DNA of 63,254 nt, the filler included, from Octopus bimaculoides (Eukaryota), in assembly GCF_001194135.2 (NCBI RefSeq). It is 9 parts of 8 records of this genome, joined end to end, with 100 filler letters (N's around TTAATTAATTAA, not from the genome) between each part and the next. Parts side by side here need not be neighbours in the genome. Positions count along the whole stretch, not along the records: positions 15,457 to 38,186 come from NC_068990.1; 8 more parts are not named here. One strand, given 5' to 3'. The notes beneath the pieces were generated by a model that made no database searches, was not told the DNA's origin, and saw only the letters and a list, made by a program, of their open reading frames with translations. Position numbers and translations under genes: made by a program. Positions within the stretch are counted from its first letter, which is position 1, and each line of letters opens with the position of its first letter. Positions 24,863-37,194 of this stretch are shown here, piece by piece.

Positions 24863-24946
24863 ATCATCATAAATATACAGGGATTAGCAATTGAGTTAAT
24901 GTTGGAGAAGCAACTCAATTGCTAATCCCTGTATATTTATGATGAT
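24863..24946. repeat. Perfect 35-bp inverted repeat, 14-nt loop
   Basis: atcatcataaatatacagggattagcaattgagtt pairs with aactcaattgctaatccctgtatatttatgatgat. Confidence 0.95.
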
Positions 24947-25059
24947 TATCTATATATATATATATATTGGATATGTAATGGAGACTTTGAATCTCAATAA
25001 ATTGAATACTTTATTGCACATGGGATAAATCAGTGTTATTACCATCCTGCTCTTCTCCA

Positions 25060-25440
25060 CCATCATCATCATCACCACAACAGTCCTCATTATCATTGTC
25101 ATCATTGTTGTCATCACCAACAACATCATAGTCACCACGGCCATCAACATCATCATCACCATCATCATCATCATCGTCGTCGTCGTCGTCGTCGTCATCA
25201 TCATCATCATCGTCATCACCATCATCACCATCACCACTGCCATCATCAACATCATCGTCATCATCATCATAGTCATTATCATTGTCATCACCATTATCAC
25301 CATCAACATCATCATCGTCACCACTGCCATCATCAACATCATCGTTGTTGTCATCATCATCATCATCATCATCATCACTATCATCATCATCATCATCACT
25401 ATCATCATCATCATCATCACTATCATCGTCACCATGATTG
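25060..25440. repeat. (CAT)n-rich trinucleotide tract just downstream of the CIB stop codon
   Basis: Direct inspection. Explains the poly-Met ORF 24950-25435. Confidence 0.95.
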
Positions 25441-25474
25441 TGGAGTGTAGAATATATTCATTTCTTCCTCTTCT

Positions 25475-25527
<53 letters not shown>

Positions 25528-25575
25528 CCTCTTATTATGTGTTAATTAGTGCAATCTTCTGGATTTCTCTCCTCT

Positions 25576-25597
25576 TCAAATACGAATATGGAAAGTG
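25576..25597 (-). CDS. CIB2/3-like: CIB2/3-like, last coding exon ((N)TFHIRI*)
   Basis: tttccag|C ACT TTC CAT ATT CGT ATT TGA. 22 nt, matching the CIB2/3 C-terminus TFHIRI. Confidence 0.92.
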
Positions 25598-26494
25598 CTG
25601 GAAATAGAGAAAAAAAACAAAAAAAACGAACAATTAGAGAACAACTGTTTATTCTTTTATACTTTTACAAATTTCTGTAACTGGTCACTTGCCATTCTGG
25701 AGCATTGCCTTGAAGTGTTTAGTCAAAGCTTATCAGTCCAGCCACGTATTTTAAAAGTTTAGTTCTTATTCTATCAGCCTCTGTTTCTACATTGCTAAGT
25801 TATATGGATGTAAACAAACCAACTGCTGTTGTGAGAGATGAACACAAGCACACAGACGNNNNNNNNNNNNNNNNNNNNNNNNNNNNNNNNNNNNNNNNNN
25901 NNNNNNNNNNNNNNNNNNNNNNNNNNNNNNNNNNNNNNNNNNNNNNNNNNNNNNNNNNNNNNNNNNNNNNNNNNNNNNNNNNNNNNNNNNNNNNNNNNNN
26001 NNNNNNNNNNNNNNNNNNNNNNNNNNNNNNNNNNNNNNNNNNNNNNNNNNNNNNNNNNNNNNNNNNNNNNNNNNNNNNNNNNNNNNNNNNNNNNNNNNNN
26101 NNNNNNNNNNNNNNNNNNNNNNNNNNNNNNNNNNNNNNNNNNNNNNNNNNNNNNNNNNNNNNNNNNNNNNNNNNNNNNNNNNNNNNNNNNNNNNNNNNNN
26201 NNNNNNNNNNNNNNNNNNNNNNNNNNNNNNNNNNNNNNGGATGTAAACAAACCAACTGCTGTTGTGAGAGATGAACACAAGCACACAGACGCACACACAC
26301 AGCACACACAGCACACGCACACACACATACACAAACACATATATACATACGAACACACATATATACATACACATGTGTGTGCATACAGACACACAGATAC
26401 TCATATATACACATAAATACACATGTATACATACACATGTGTGCACACACACACACACACATACATATATATATCTTTTAAATCTATATCTATA

Positions 26495-26538
<44 letters not shown>

Positions 26539-26849
26539 TATATGTCCCTCCGACATCGCTTGAGAACCGATGCTGGTGTGTTTATGTCCCCGTCACTTAG
26601 CGGTTCGGCAAGAGAGACCGATAGAATAAGTACTAGGCTTCTAAAGAATAATTCCTGGGGTCGATTTGCTTGACTAAAGGTGGTGCTCCAGCATGGCCAC
26701 AGTCAAAAGACTGAAACAAGTAAAAGAGTAAAAGAGTATACATATATATATATATATATATATAGATGCACACACACAAACACATACTGACATACACATA
26801 TATTTATTTTACTTGAAATTCATAAAGGTAAAAAAATGCTCCTACATAC

Positions 26850-26938
26850 TTCAAAAATTCAGGATCTCTTGATATTATATATTCAAATTCTACATATGAC
26901 AGTTTTCCCTTGTGGTCAAAGTCTCCTTCTTCCAACAC
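26850..26938 (-). CDS. CIB2/3-like: CIB2/3-like, EF4 exon (VLEEGDFDHKGKLSYVEFEYIISRDPEFL)
   Basis: ttttgtag| acceptor and |gtatgt donor. 89 nt, phase 0 to 2. Confidence 0.93.
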
Positions 26939-27019
26939 CTACAAAAAAAAAATAATAAAGCAACAAAACAAACAATAAATAAAATAAACCTGAACCTATT
27001 TTTGAACATGAACATTGTG

Positions 27020-27065
27020 GAAATATTTAAACTGACCACATCCAGCTGCTATATTCTACCTGTTT

Positions 27066-27101
<36 letters not shown>

Positions 27102-27339
27102 CCTTTCTATTATAAGCACAAGGCCTGAAATTTTGGGGGAGGGAGCTAGTCGATTACATCGACCCCAGTGCATAACTGGTACTGATTTATTGACACCAGA
27201 AGGATGAAAGGCAAAGTTGACCTCAGCGGAATTTGAACTCATAACGTAGCGATGGACGAAATACCACTAAGCATTTTGTCCGGCATGCTAATGATTCTGC
27301 CAGCTCGCCACCATAATGATGATGATAATAATAATAATG

Positions 27340-27371
<32 letters not shown>

Positions 27372-27600
27372 CCTTTTTACTAAAGGCACAAGGCCAGAAA
27401 TTTTGAGAGAGGGGACTAATTGATTATATCAACCCCATTGTTTCACTGGTACTTATTTTATCAACCCTGAAAGGATGAAAGGCAAAGTTAACCTTGCTGG
27501 AATTTGAACTCATGACATAAAGACAGGTGAAATATTGCAAACATTTTGCCCAGCATGCTAATGATTCTGCCAGCTTGCAATAATAACAATAATAATAATA
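27020..27600 (-). mobile_element. Two tandem SINE family D copies separated by (AAT)n
   Basis: Both contain ggatgaaaggcaaagttgacctc..ggaatttgaactc. The reverse complement matches the 48340-49010 copies. Confidence 0.8.
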
Positions 27601-27618
27601 ATAATAATAAATAATATT

Positions 27619-27769
27619 AAAATTGCACTACTGGGTACTGCACACATCCTACGCAAAACACTTTCAATACAGTAAACATAAGAGCACCACAGCAAACCAC
27701 AGCACATACCCAAGGCGCACAGAGCTGCGCTCGGTAGTGAAGTGAAAGCACGTTATAAAAATAAAACTA

Positions 27770-27772
<3 letters not shown>
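27619..27772 (+). mobile_element. R4/Dong-clade non-LTR retrotransposon 3' end in (TAA)n
   Basis: KIALLGTAHILRKTLSIQ* plus 3' UTR, flanked on both sides by (TAA)n. Confidence 0.75.
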
Positions 27773-27806
<34 letters not shown>

Positions 27807-27807
27807 C

Positions 27808-28110
27808 ATGTGGAAGCTTAGTACTATGATAATACCAGTGGTAATTGGTGTGCTGGGAATGATAAAGAAGGGAACTGAGAAGTATATTAAGCAACTCCCT
27901 GGTAACTCCAATCTCTGTGAACCACAAAAGATAACCTTGATGGGTACAGCCCATAATACTAGGGAAAGCACTCTCCGTCTAAAATGGAATAAATGTGGCG
28001 ATAATTTTAGCATGCATAGCAAAACAAAAGTGTCCTTGCTACTTGGCCTCTGGAGGATGCCCGGTACTAAGGCAGCTGAAATAAAGTTATAACGAAAAGA
28101 AACCATAAAT
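27808..28110 (+). mobile_element. Second R4/Dong-clade 3' fragment in (TAA)n
   Basis: MWKLSTMIIPVVIGVLGMIKKGTEKYIKQLPGNSNLCEPQKITLMGTAH matches the R4/Dong C-terminal P.VIGALG...LQK..L.GTAH pattern. Confidence 0.8.
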
Positions 28111-28229
28111 GATAATAATAATAATAATAATAATAATGAAGTTATTGTATACAGTGCTTGGGTGCAGTACAATTTATCAGAAAAGGTAGGCAAAAGTGCA
28201 TGGACAGTACATAGAATAAACAGTGAATG

Positions 28230-28365
28230 AATTGTTAAAATAAAAGGTAGTTGGGAGATTGGGTGTATTACTGGTGAATTTCAGAAAGCATGGAAGTTTT
28301 GAAGGATGTAGTGTCCCAACAGCTAACAACTGATGTGGGTAGTTCATTCCATGCTTCACAAAGTT
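28230..28365 (-). mobile_element. CR1/L2-like LINE 3' end
   Basis: Frame-corrected translation VKAWNELPTSVVSCWDTTSFKTSMLSEIHQ. Confidence 0.6.
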
Positions 28366-28989
28366 CAAACTGGCTAGATCTGGCATCTCACACCTATTCT
28401 ACAATGTCATTCTACAAATAAACAATCTCATAATTGAAATCTTTAAGTTAGAAGAAGAAATATGATTAATGGTTAATGTCAAAGCAATGAATAAATAAAC
28501 ATTACATTTGACAGGGTTATTAAGTTGAAATATTTACATATCCAGTGAATAAATTGCCTTTTAATTGATTTTTATAGCTGACTGATTATTGCATAACTAA
28601 CTATTCAACTGTAAAGTAATTATAAAACCTGTTTCACAAGCAGACAGCAAATATAATTTCATGTTTACCCAGGGTCAAATGACTATAAGAAGGTTTACCT
28701 GTGAAGTCTTGATCATATTTTTCTATATTTTATTCTGAGATGAATTGAATTATGTTGTTTATTTTCTAGATTATTTCCTCCTCCTGTATGCATTGTCTTC
28801 GTATTTCACTTGGTATTCTCCTTAGGGGTGCAGGTGTGGCTGTGTGGCCGTGTGGTTTAAGAAGTTTGCTTTCTAACCATGTGGTTTCAGGTTCACTCCC
28901 ACTGTGCAGCACCTTGGGAAAATGTTTTTCTTCTACCATAGACCTTAGCCAATGAATGCCTTCTGAATAAATTTTGTTGATGGAAGCTG

Positions 28990-29462
28990 TACTTACTTAC
29001 TTACTTTTACTTTAACTTGTTTCAGTCATTTGACTGCGGCCATGCTGGAGCACCACCTTTAGTCGAACAAATCGACCCCCAGGACTTGTTCTTTGTAAGC
29101 CTAGTACTTATTCTATCGGTCTCTTTTGCCGAATCGCTAAGTGACAGGGACATAAACACACCATCATCGGTTGTCACGCAATGCTAGGGAGACAAACACA
29201 CACACACACACACACACANNNNNNNNNNNNNNNNNNNNNNNNNNNNNNNNNNNNNNNNNNNNNNNNNNNNNNNNNNNNNNNNNNNNNNNNNNNNNNNNNN
29301 NNNNNNNNNNNNNNNNNNNNNNNNNNNNNNNNNNNNNNNNNNNNNNNNNNNNNNNNNNNNNNNNNNNNNNNNNNNNNNNNNNNNNNNNNNNNNNNNNNNN
29401 NNNNNNNNNNNNNNNNNNNNNNNNNNNNNNNNNNNNNNNNNNNNNNNNNNNNNNNNNNNNNN

Positions 29463-29503
<41 letters not shown>

Positions 29504-29670
29504 TACATATATATGACGGGCTTCTTTCAGTTGCCGTCTACCAAATCCACTCACAAGGCTTTGGTTGGCCCGAGGCTTTTAGTAGAAGACACTTACCCAA
29601 GATGCCATGCAGTGGGACTGAACTCGGAACCATGTGGTTGGTAAGCAAGCTACTTACCACACAGTCACTT
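28990..29670 (-). mobile_element. SINE family A copy with a gap at its internal microsatellite
   Basis: Tail at 28990, head at ~29670. Confidence 0.85.
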
Positions 29671-30102
29671 CTGCTGTGTGGAAGATTTCATCTTCCAGTC
29701 CCATTGTTCAACTGTTACTTATTTAATCAACCCTCAAAGGATAAAAGACAAAGTCGACCTCATTAGCTCAGAACATAGAGACAGATGAAATGCTTCTAGG
29801 CAGTTTATTTGGTTTGCTAACGACTCTACCAGCTCTCCACCTTAAATAACTGAAAGGAATTTATGCCTTTAATTTTTGTGAGACTTCCTGGGGCATTTTG
29901 TTAACAAGGGGCCTCAAAGCATTATATAGGAACTCTAAGACTGATGGTGGAAGGTGAGGGATTAACCTTGAACCAGTGACCTAGTCTGAATTCTTCCAAT
30001 AAAGTAGGCTTTGCCCAAAATTCCCTACTAAATAATGCAGGTTTGTTAGAAGGAGCAAAGAAAATCATGTTTAAAGAAATCCTTTCTTGTAATTAAACTT
30101 AC

Positions 30103-30209
30103 TTTATTTACAATAATTTCTCTTTCCTTCTCTGTTAATTCATTGCGAGTCAGACATTCCAGTGTTTTGTCTAAATCTGTTTTTCCAAGAGATTTATCAT
30201 TGTCAAAAT
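30103..30209 (-). CDS. CIB2/3-like: CIB2/3-like, EF3 exon ((D)FDNDKSLGKTDLDKTLECLTRNELTEKEREIIVNK)
   Basis: tttccttccag| acceptor and |gtaagt donor. 107 nt, phase 1 to 0. Confidence 0.93.
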
Positions 30210-31114
30210 CTGGAAGGAAAATATTCTATAATGATAAAACCATACAAACATACACACACACACACACGTACGCACGCATGCACACACACACACACACACA
30301 GACACATGCATACACACATTTGCATGCACGCGCGCGCGCACACACACATGCACGCATGCACACACGGACACATACACACACACATTTGCATGCACATGGA
30401 CACACANNNNNNNNNNNNNNNNNNNNNNNNNNNNNNNNNNNNNNNNNNNNNNNNNNNNNNNNNNNNNNNNNNNNNNNNNNNNNNNNNNNNNNNNNNNNNN
30501 NNNNNNNNNNNNNNNNNNNNNNNNNNNNNNNNNNNNNNNNNNNNNNNNNNNNNNNNNNNNNNNNNNNNNNNNNNNNNNNNNNNNNNNNNNNNNNNNNNNN
30601 NNNNNNNNNNNNNNNNNNNNNNNNNNNNNNNNNNNNNNNNNNNNNNNNNNNNNNNNNNNNNNNNNNNNNNNNNNNNNNNNNNNNNNNNNNNNNNNNNNNN
30701 NNNNNNNNNNNNNNNNNNNNNNNNNNNNNNNNNNNNNNNNNNNNNNNNNNNNNNNNNNNNNNNNNNNNNNNNNNNNNNNNNNNNNNNNNNNNNNNNNNNN
30801 NNNNNNNNNNNNNNNNNNNNNNNNNNNNNNNNNNNNNNNNNNNNNNNNNNNNNNNNNNNNNNNNNNNNNNNNNNNNNNNNNNNNNNNNNNNNNNNNNNNN
30901 NNNNNNNNNNNNNNNNNNNNNNNNNNNNNNNNNNNNNNNNNNNNNNNNNNNNNNNNNNNNNNNNNNNNNNNNNNNNNNNNNNNNNNNNNNNNNNNNNNNN
31001 NNNNNNNNNNNNNNNNNNNNNNNNNNNNATATATATATCTCAAATCTTCAATATCTTGTAATCTACCAACAATGTCAAGCCCTCCTAAAAGTGAAAGTAA
31101 TGTCTTAAATATAC

Positions 31115-31262
31115 CATATATCTTAAAAGCGTATGATGCTTTTAGTTCCCTTGGTGCCGAGTCGGAGAAAATAGAAAACAAATCGAGGAATTCGTCAAAA
31201 GTTAAATTTCCTGAATTGTCTGCTGAAAACACTTGGAAAATTCTTTGACGAAATGGATTCTC
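31115..31262 (-). CDS. CIB2/3-like: CIB2/3-like exon ([49 protein letters not shown])
   Basis: tcttgcag| acceptor and |gtatat donor. 148 nt, with the CIB signature ENPF..RI..F and [15 protein letters not shown]. Confidence 0.96.
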
Positions 31263-32321
31263 CTGCAAGAAAAAGTAAGATAGTAATAATAAAAAAAATT
31301 AGAATGAAGATAATGAGAATAATGATGATGACAATGACAATGACAATGATGATGGCAATGATGGTGATGATGATGATAGAGTCAATGACAATTTTTCTGT
31401 GGTCTAATTCCAATAAACTTAGAATTTGTAAGATCATTAAAAATGTCTTAAAACTCAAAGCTCCAATGTAGTTTTCTCTGGCAAATGTACAAATGTGTGT
31501 GTGTATATATATATATATTGATAATACTAAAACTCTAGGAATGTTTGTGTGTAACTGAAATACCTCAGAAATAGTATATTTTAACTTAACTTTTTTTTAC
31601 ATATTTATTTTCGTACTTACCTTCAGCAGTGCAGTACAAATTTTTGTAACGTTTGGATATCTATTTAAACGATTAAACACAAATTTTGTTTATGTTTTGA
31701 CAAAGGCTTCCGTGACGTCAACACACATACACATATACAGAATACACACACATATAATGAATGTTATGAGGTGTAAATCAACACAGACACACGTCCGCTA
31801 TCTGTGACATATACACACACGCATAGTTTTCGCGCTCTCTAAGAAAAAGAAACACCGTCGACTTTTTGACGTACACAATATTTTAATCATTAAGAAATAT
31901 TTTTAATTAAATGTGATTTCATCATCCGGAGTTCGTTAATTTCCATAAAAATCTTTTATTTATTTACTTTTGTTTTAAAGTGAAAGAGAGGAGAAAGTGA
32001 AAAATGTATGTACGTGTATATGAAATGGACGTGTGTGTGTGTGTGAAAGAGAGAGAGAGAGAGAGAGAGGAAGAGAGAGAATAAAGAGAGAGAGGAAGAG
32101 AGAGATAGAAAGAGTGAGTGAAGGGGTGTGTTGTCATGTATACGTACATACATCAATACATATGCGTATCTCTTTTCTGTATGCACGTATGCTTGCTATT
32201 TCCAGTGTGGTGGTATCTCTTAGATACCCTAAATTATAATTTTGAATAATTATTACCTTTGATGGTTTTTATTCCCATGCTGGCCACTTGATTCGGTATT
32301 TAAATATCGATCTTATCCTTA

Positions 32322-32375
<54 letters not shown>

Positions 32376-32522
32376 TACATATATAAACAGGAGATTGGAC
32401 AAATATTTTGGTATTATTTACTCACCATTAGACGTGTTTCATTTGCTAATAAGAGTTGTAAAAATTGTACATGTAGGCGAAACATGTCATATGTTAGAAA
32501 TTCTTCAGACAGAATCAAACAA

Positions 32523-32611
<89 letters not shown>

Positions 32612-32765
32612 CAGACAGACAGAAAAACTGAGGAAGTTATAATGACAAAATCTAATTATAGTTACGTAATACTGTCAATTATATCGGGAATTATGAATAA
32701 CGTATTTGTGAAAATTTAGTCTGAGATGAGATATATTATTTATGAAATATGAACAAATTACAAAC

Positions 32766-32883
32766 TTTGAACTCAGGCAGCTTTTCCAATAATTCAAGAG
32801 GAATTTTTAAACTGGTAGCATCTTTAGTAGTCATTTTCATTGGAACGGTATCCGGAGAAAGTTCTTTAAAACGTCCAAATACC
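32766..32883 (-). CDS. CIB2/3-like: CIB2/3-like exon (VFGRFKELSPDTVPMKMTTKDATSLKIPLELLEKLPEFK)
   Basis: attttag| acceptor and |gtttgt donor. 118 nt, phase 2 to 0. Confidence 0.9.
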
Positions 32884-33059
32884 CTAAAATATGAAGAAGA
32901 AACTGTTATAAACATATGCAGGCATACTCTCGAGTAATTTTCAGCATTAAAAGTTTACCAATGTCTGAGTGTGGATGTATTTGATATTTATAAATACACA
33001 TAGTTTTATGTATAATAGTGTTTTAAGTATTGTGTCTCATAGTTAGGAATTTCTCATAA

Positions 33060-33760
33060 ATATGCTAACTACAGAAGTGACCAAAGCACCATTTAATGCT
33101 ACAGATTAAATTACTTTTTCAAAACCAGATAAGTGTTGCTGGACAAGTGTTGAATTGTATTTCTAATGTTGTGAATATATACCCATGTTGATAAAATCTA
33201 ATTTTAAATTGATCTGCTGTTAATAATATATAATCTATTCCATTCTGATTAATTTTAGATATGACTATGGCTGCATAGACAACTGAATTTTCTAGACAGT
33301 TACTATTGACTAGACAAACGGTTGGTAAATGGCAATTATATTTTGAGGTGTTAATGTTATTTCTGATAATCTGTATCCAAATTATTCGCTGTTTTTAAAA
33401 TTATTAATCAAGTATGATATTTGTTAGCGCTGAGCGTCTCATTTTGAATGAATTTATGTTGAAGATTTTTCTGTATTTAACTTTAGGAAGAACGTGCAAT
33501 TTTCGAAATGGAGAATATCGTTCCTGTATTGATCTGAATAAAGTGAATTAAACCACATGATCTTTCTTTTGCATATTTTCTAACAGGGCTGTGTGTGTTC
33601 GAGATATTTGAGAATATCTTTAAAATGCTAGTTGATAGAATATCATTGTACAGGCTCATTATTCTATTGAATGAGGCTACATCATAATAGATTCTTATAC
33701 TGAAACTTGTGAGTAGGTTTGGAGTTATGGCCCATATATTAAATAATTTGGTCTAAAGTC
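33060..33760 (-). mobile_element. Degenerate Penelope-like element (RT thumb/linker plus GIY-YIG)
   Basis: Fragmentary frames: FNRIMSLYNDILSTS; KIMWFNSLYS; PKVKYRKIFNINSFKM; CLENSVVYAAIVISKINQNGIDYILLTADQFKIRFYQH..LIWF*K..IKW. Confidence 0.7.
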
Positions 33761-34500
33761 TGGTTGAAATTGTTTGCCATAAAAATTATATGCTGTGTCT
33801 GGAAAATTCTCTATTTTGAGGTTGATATTTACGGTAATTTTAAAGTTGCTAATGCCTCAAAGAGACATTCTGCATCTGGGTCTGAGTACATATGTCGACC
33901 AATTGAGATAAAATATGGTAGATATCACTTTTGCCAATCCACGTCAGCAACAAAAAGTGACACAAATGACTTCAAAGATTGTAATCATGTATTTGTTGAA
34001 GACAGTCTGGAATCTACTACAGCTACTGTATTTAAGGTCATTGTTAGTCATTCGTCGGTCACCAAAGTATTTCTCATAAAATAAATGTCAGAGTCAAATA
34101 GTCGGTATTTAATAAATTCTTAATAATTATTATCTTATTTGCTGAACGTCACATTGCGATATTAATGACAAATATTTTTTCTGGTAGTGCTTCACATGTT
34201 TTTCAGTAAATGAATTCAGCTATCCTTGGTTAACTTAGTATTGCCTCATTTATTGCAGAAAACTTTAAATAACTAATTAGAAATAAGTTGTGGTGAAGAA
34301 ATGACAATACTACAATACTAGTCAATGACTAATGTTACTTTAAATATTACGGCAAGTATGTCATGTAATTTTGATCATGTTTCAGTTTTATGAAGTCTCC
34401 TCAACAAAGATTAGATTCTGTGTATATATGAGGATGTGTATATGTGTGTGTATTTTTGCAATGTCATAATTATATTTCATGTTAGACCCGTAGTACTTAC

Positions 34501-34535
34501 CTTAAAATATCTTTTCTGTTGAAAAATGTGCAATC
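34501..34535 (-). CDS. CIB2/3-like: CIB2/3-like 35-nt exon (DCTFFNRKDIL(R))
   Basis: ttttctcttag| acceptor and |gtaagt donor. Matches the CIB-family exon 2 DCTFF.RK.ILR. Confidence 0.93.
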
Positions 34536-34984
34536 CTAAGAGAAAAGAGGTAAAAAAAATTAACAAAGAATTAAATTTAGAATAAAAAAGAACATATTCA
34601 GATACAATATGTGTTACTAATGTTATGTTTTGTATGATTAGAAACAAGGTGGATATTTGTAGTACAATTGGCTATCGTTGACAGAACCAACTGTAGTTTA
34701 TTTTGGTACTTATTTCATTGGTCTTTACTGGGTTTGAACTCGAAATCTGGAGGGATAAAATTAAATATTGTAATTCAAGTTTAGTTAGAGGAGGACGGGC
34801 AGCTGCCGTAGCTTGTAAGGGAAATGGAAAAAAACCCCACTGCTAATGAGGTTATTATGACGCTAGAGACCTGCACCAAATGCTGGTCCACCATCTTCAA
34901 GGAATTTTGGCCCCAGAATTTAGTCTGGTATTTTATCAATCTTTATTAGTTGAATGAGGCTACCTATCGACCCTAGTGGAACTA

Positions 34985-35680
34985 TTTGGTTTGTTATTCC
35001 ATACGTCAAACAAATTAATAGTAACCTTACTTACCTGTTTCGTGAAGCCATCGAAAGGAACTTCCACAAAAACTCGAGGTACCACTCTATTATCAACTCA
35101 CATCGTATGAGAATTTGTTTCTCTAACACTAATAACCTCCTGCAAATTATCTCTTCACATAACAACTATATTCTTAACGGTAAAAGGGATTCGTTCAATA
35201 ACTATAATAACAATAATATTAATAATAATAATCACTCTTTAAATAATAATATCAATAGAAGTATTACTTGTAACTGTGGTCCGAATAGAAGATGCGTTCT
35301 GAACGGAAATTGTAAAATTAAAAATGTTGTTTGTGAATGCAAAGTTTCTTCAGGAACTAAAGAATTTTTTTTATGCTGGACTTTCCTCCACGGAATTAAA
35401 AAGACACGAAGCCAATCATTTGTCTGCATTTAAGTATATCAATAAACGTAATGCAACAGCTCTTACAAAACTAATTTGGCATCTCAAAGGCTGTAATAAA
35501 CAATTTTCTTTGGACTGGAAAATTTCGTCAAGATCGTTCCCTTATGATAAACGCAAATCTTTTTGCCCTCTTTGTACGGACGAACAAGTATTTATCTTTT
35601 TTTCCAAATGCATACTTGTCAACACCTTTAAAGAACGTGTTTACAGGTGTTTACATTGGAAAAAACACACACTTCCAGCA
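34985..35680 (+). mobile_element. Degenerate Penelope-like element (linker plus GIY-YIG endonuclease)
   Basis: IWFVIPYVKQINSNLTYLF..FHKNSRYHSIINSHRMRICFS, then CNC..CVLNGNC..VV.ECKV, a frameshift in a T-run, then FYAGLSSTELK..H..TALTKLIWHLK..WKI..PY..CPLC..E. Confidence 0.85.
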
Positions 35681-36302
35681 GCTATTTCAAATTATATTTA
35701 CCTCATTTGCCTAATAATATCTGTAACTTTTACTTTATTCTTTTCGTCCCATACATCCCATTCTTTCCTTTATCATTTCTATCCATTTGTCATTCACATT
35801 CTATTTGTCTATTCCTCCATTACTCCTTGAATTTTCTTTCTCTCTTCCTTCTTTTCTTCTCTCGTCATATGAGGTCAAATTCTTAACGGTATTTAAAAAT
35901 TACTAGCGTTTTCTATCCACCTTTTATTTTAAATATATTATATATTATATAACATAATTTCTTGCATCTCTAAAACGGCTTATTATTGAGCACTGTTATT
36001 TATAATCTCCTCCCTGATGCGACTAATACATTATTCCACATTATTTCCCCCCCTCCCGGATTAATGTTAATGTATCCATCGAAACATATGTCGGCGATAT
36101 AAGTGATTTAAATTATATCTTGTGCGTTTGTCTCTATTTTCCATTTCTCTTATGTTCTCTAAATCACGTCTCACTTTCCCCTGGAATTATTACCCATGTA
36201 TGTGTGGTTATTAATATCTTAATGTGCTTATGTGACATTTGGCTACCCTGGTAACTATTTCTCCGGATCTTGCCTTGAAAATTAAACACCTCCCCACACA
36301 CT

Positions 36303-37194
36303 CGAGGTTTGATCAATAAGTATCTAGACTGTTGCCATTGTAACGAAGCTAAAGTATGCAGAGCAAAGCCGCTTGGCATAGATTGACCTTGAACTTTACT
36401 GTGCATGCGCACTAAGTTTAACGTTCTAGTTCACTTCTGCCGTTTACAGCAGTGCTTGGAATGAACGTGTATAGCGTGTGATCGTTGCATTGACCATGAC
36501 AGAGAAAGTTGTCACGGCGATACCTGCTCAGAGGCTTATGCAGAGTTGCAGAAAGTGTATGGAGAGGAGTGTATGAGCTGCTCACAAGTGTACGAATGGT
36601 TCAGATGTTTCCAAGACGGCCGAAAAGATGTCGATATTGACAAACGTTTTGGGAAAGCCGCAACAAGCAGAACTGAGGAAAGCATCGCAGAGGTGCTTGG
36701 AGTTGTGAGGAGAAATCGTCGAATCACCATCCATGAGTTATCAGAGGATGTGCAGATTAGTTATGCTTCAGTTCAGTCCATTATCATTGAAGATTTGAGT
36801 ATGAGGCGCGTGTCTGCCAAGTTTGTGCCAAATCTGCTTTCATCTGATCAAAAAGACACTCAGCTTTCAGTTGCACAAGATCTCTTTGACTGTATCAAGA
36901 ATGATGAAAACTTTTTGAAAACTTTGCGTAGGCCTCTGAGCAGGTATAGCCAAACTTTTGGCAAAATTTGATGCAGATTCTCTGCCCAACTTTCTGTCAT
37001 GGTCGATGCGACGATCACACGCTACACACCTTCTTTCCAAGCACTGCTGTAAACAGCAGAAATGAGTTAGAACGTTAAAACTTAGAGCACGCGCACAGCA
37101 GAGTTCAAGGTCAATCTGTGCCAAGCGGCTTTGCGCTGCGTGCTTTAGCTTTATTAATATGGCAACAGTCCGGATACTTATTGATCAGACCACG
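36303..37194 (+). mobile_element. Non-autonomous mariner derivative with long inverted arms; transposase N-terminal HTH region only
   Basis: ORF 36546-36971 QKVYGEECMS..VYEWFRCFQDGR..RRITIHEL..RRVSAKFVPNLLSSDQK is the mariner HTH. Ends are cgaggtttgatcaataagtatc and gatacttattgatcagaccacg. Confidence 0.9.

Noticed and set aside
24950-25435. 161-aa Met-rich ORF
   Set aside because: Translation of a (GAT)n tract downstream of the CIB stop codon.
25807-26290. 52-bp direct repeat flanking the 25859-26238 gap (similar cases at the 3169 and 5036 gaps)
   Set aside because: Duplicated contig ends around a gap are most likely unmerged overlaps.
30171-31268. 365-aa ORF starting MQENPF
   Set aside because: Only 31115-31262 is real exon. 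The ATG is intronic and the rest is intron or gap.
33764-34200. 106-aa plus-strand ORF and a nearby AERHIAI GPCR-like motif
   Set aside because: No coherent TM architecture. The region overlaps or adjoins an antisense Penelope-like relic.
36170-36197. MGNNSRG motif as possible CIB exon 1
   Set aside because: The only nearby donor gives phase 2 and lacks the conserved ..YQ end, so it cannot join exon 2 in frame.
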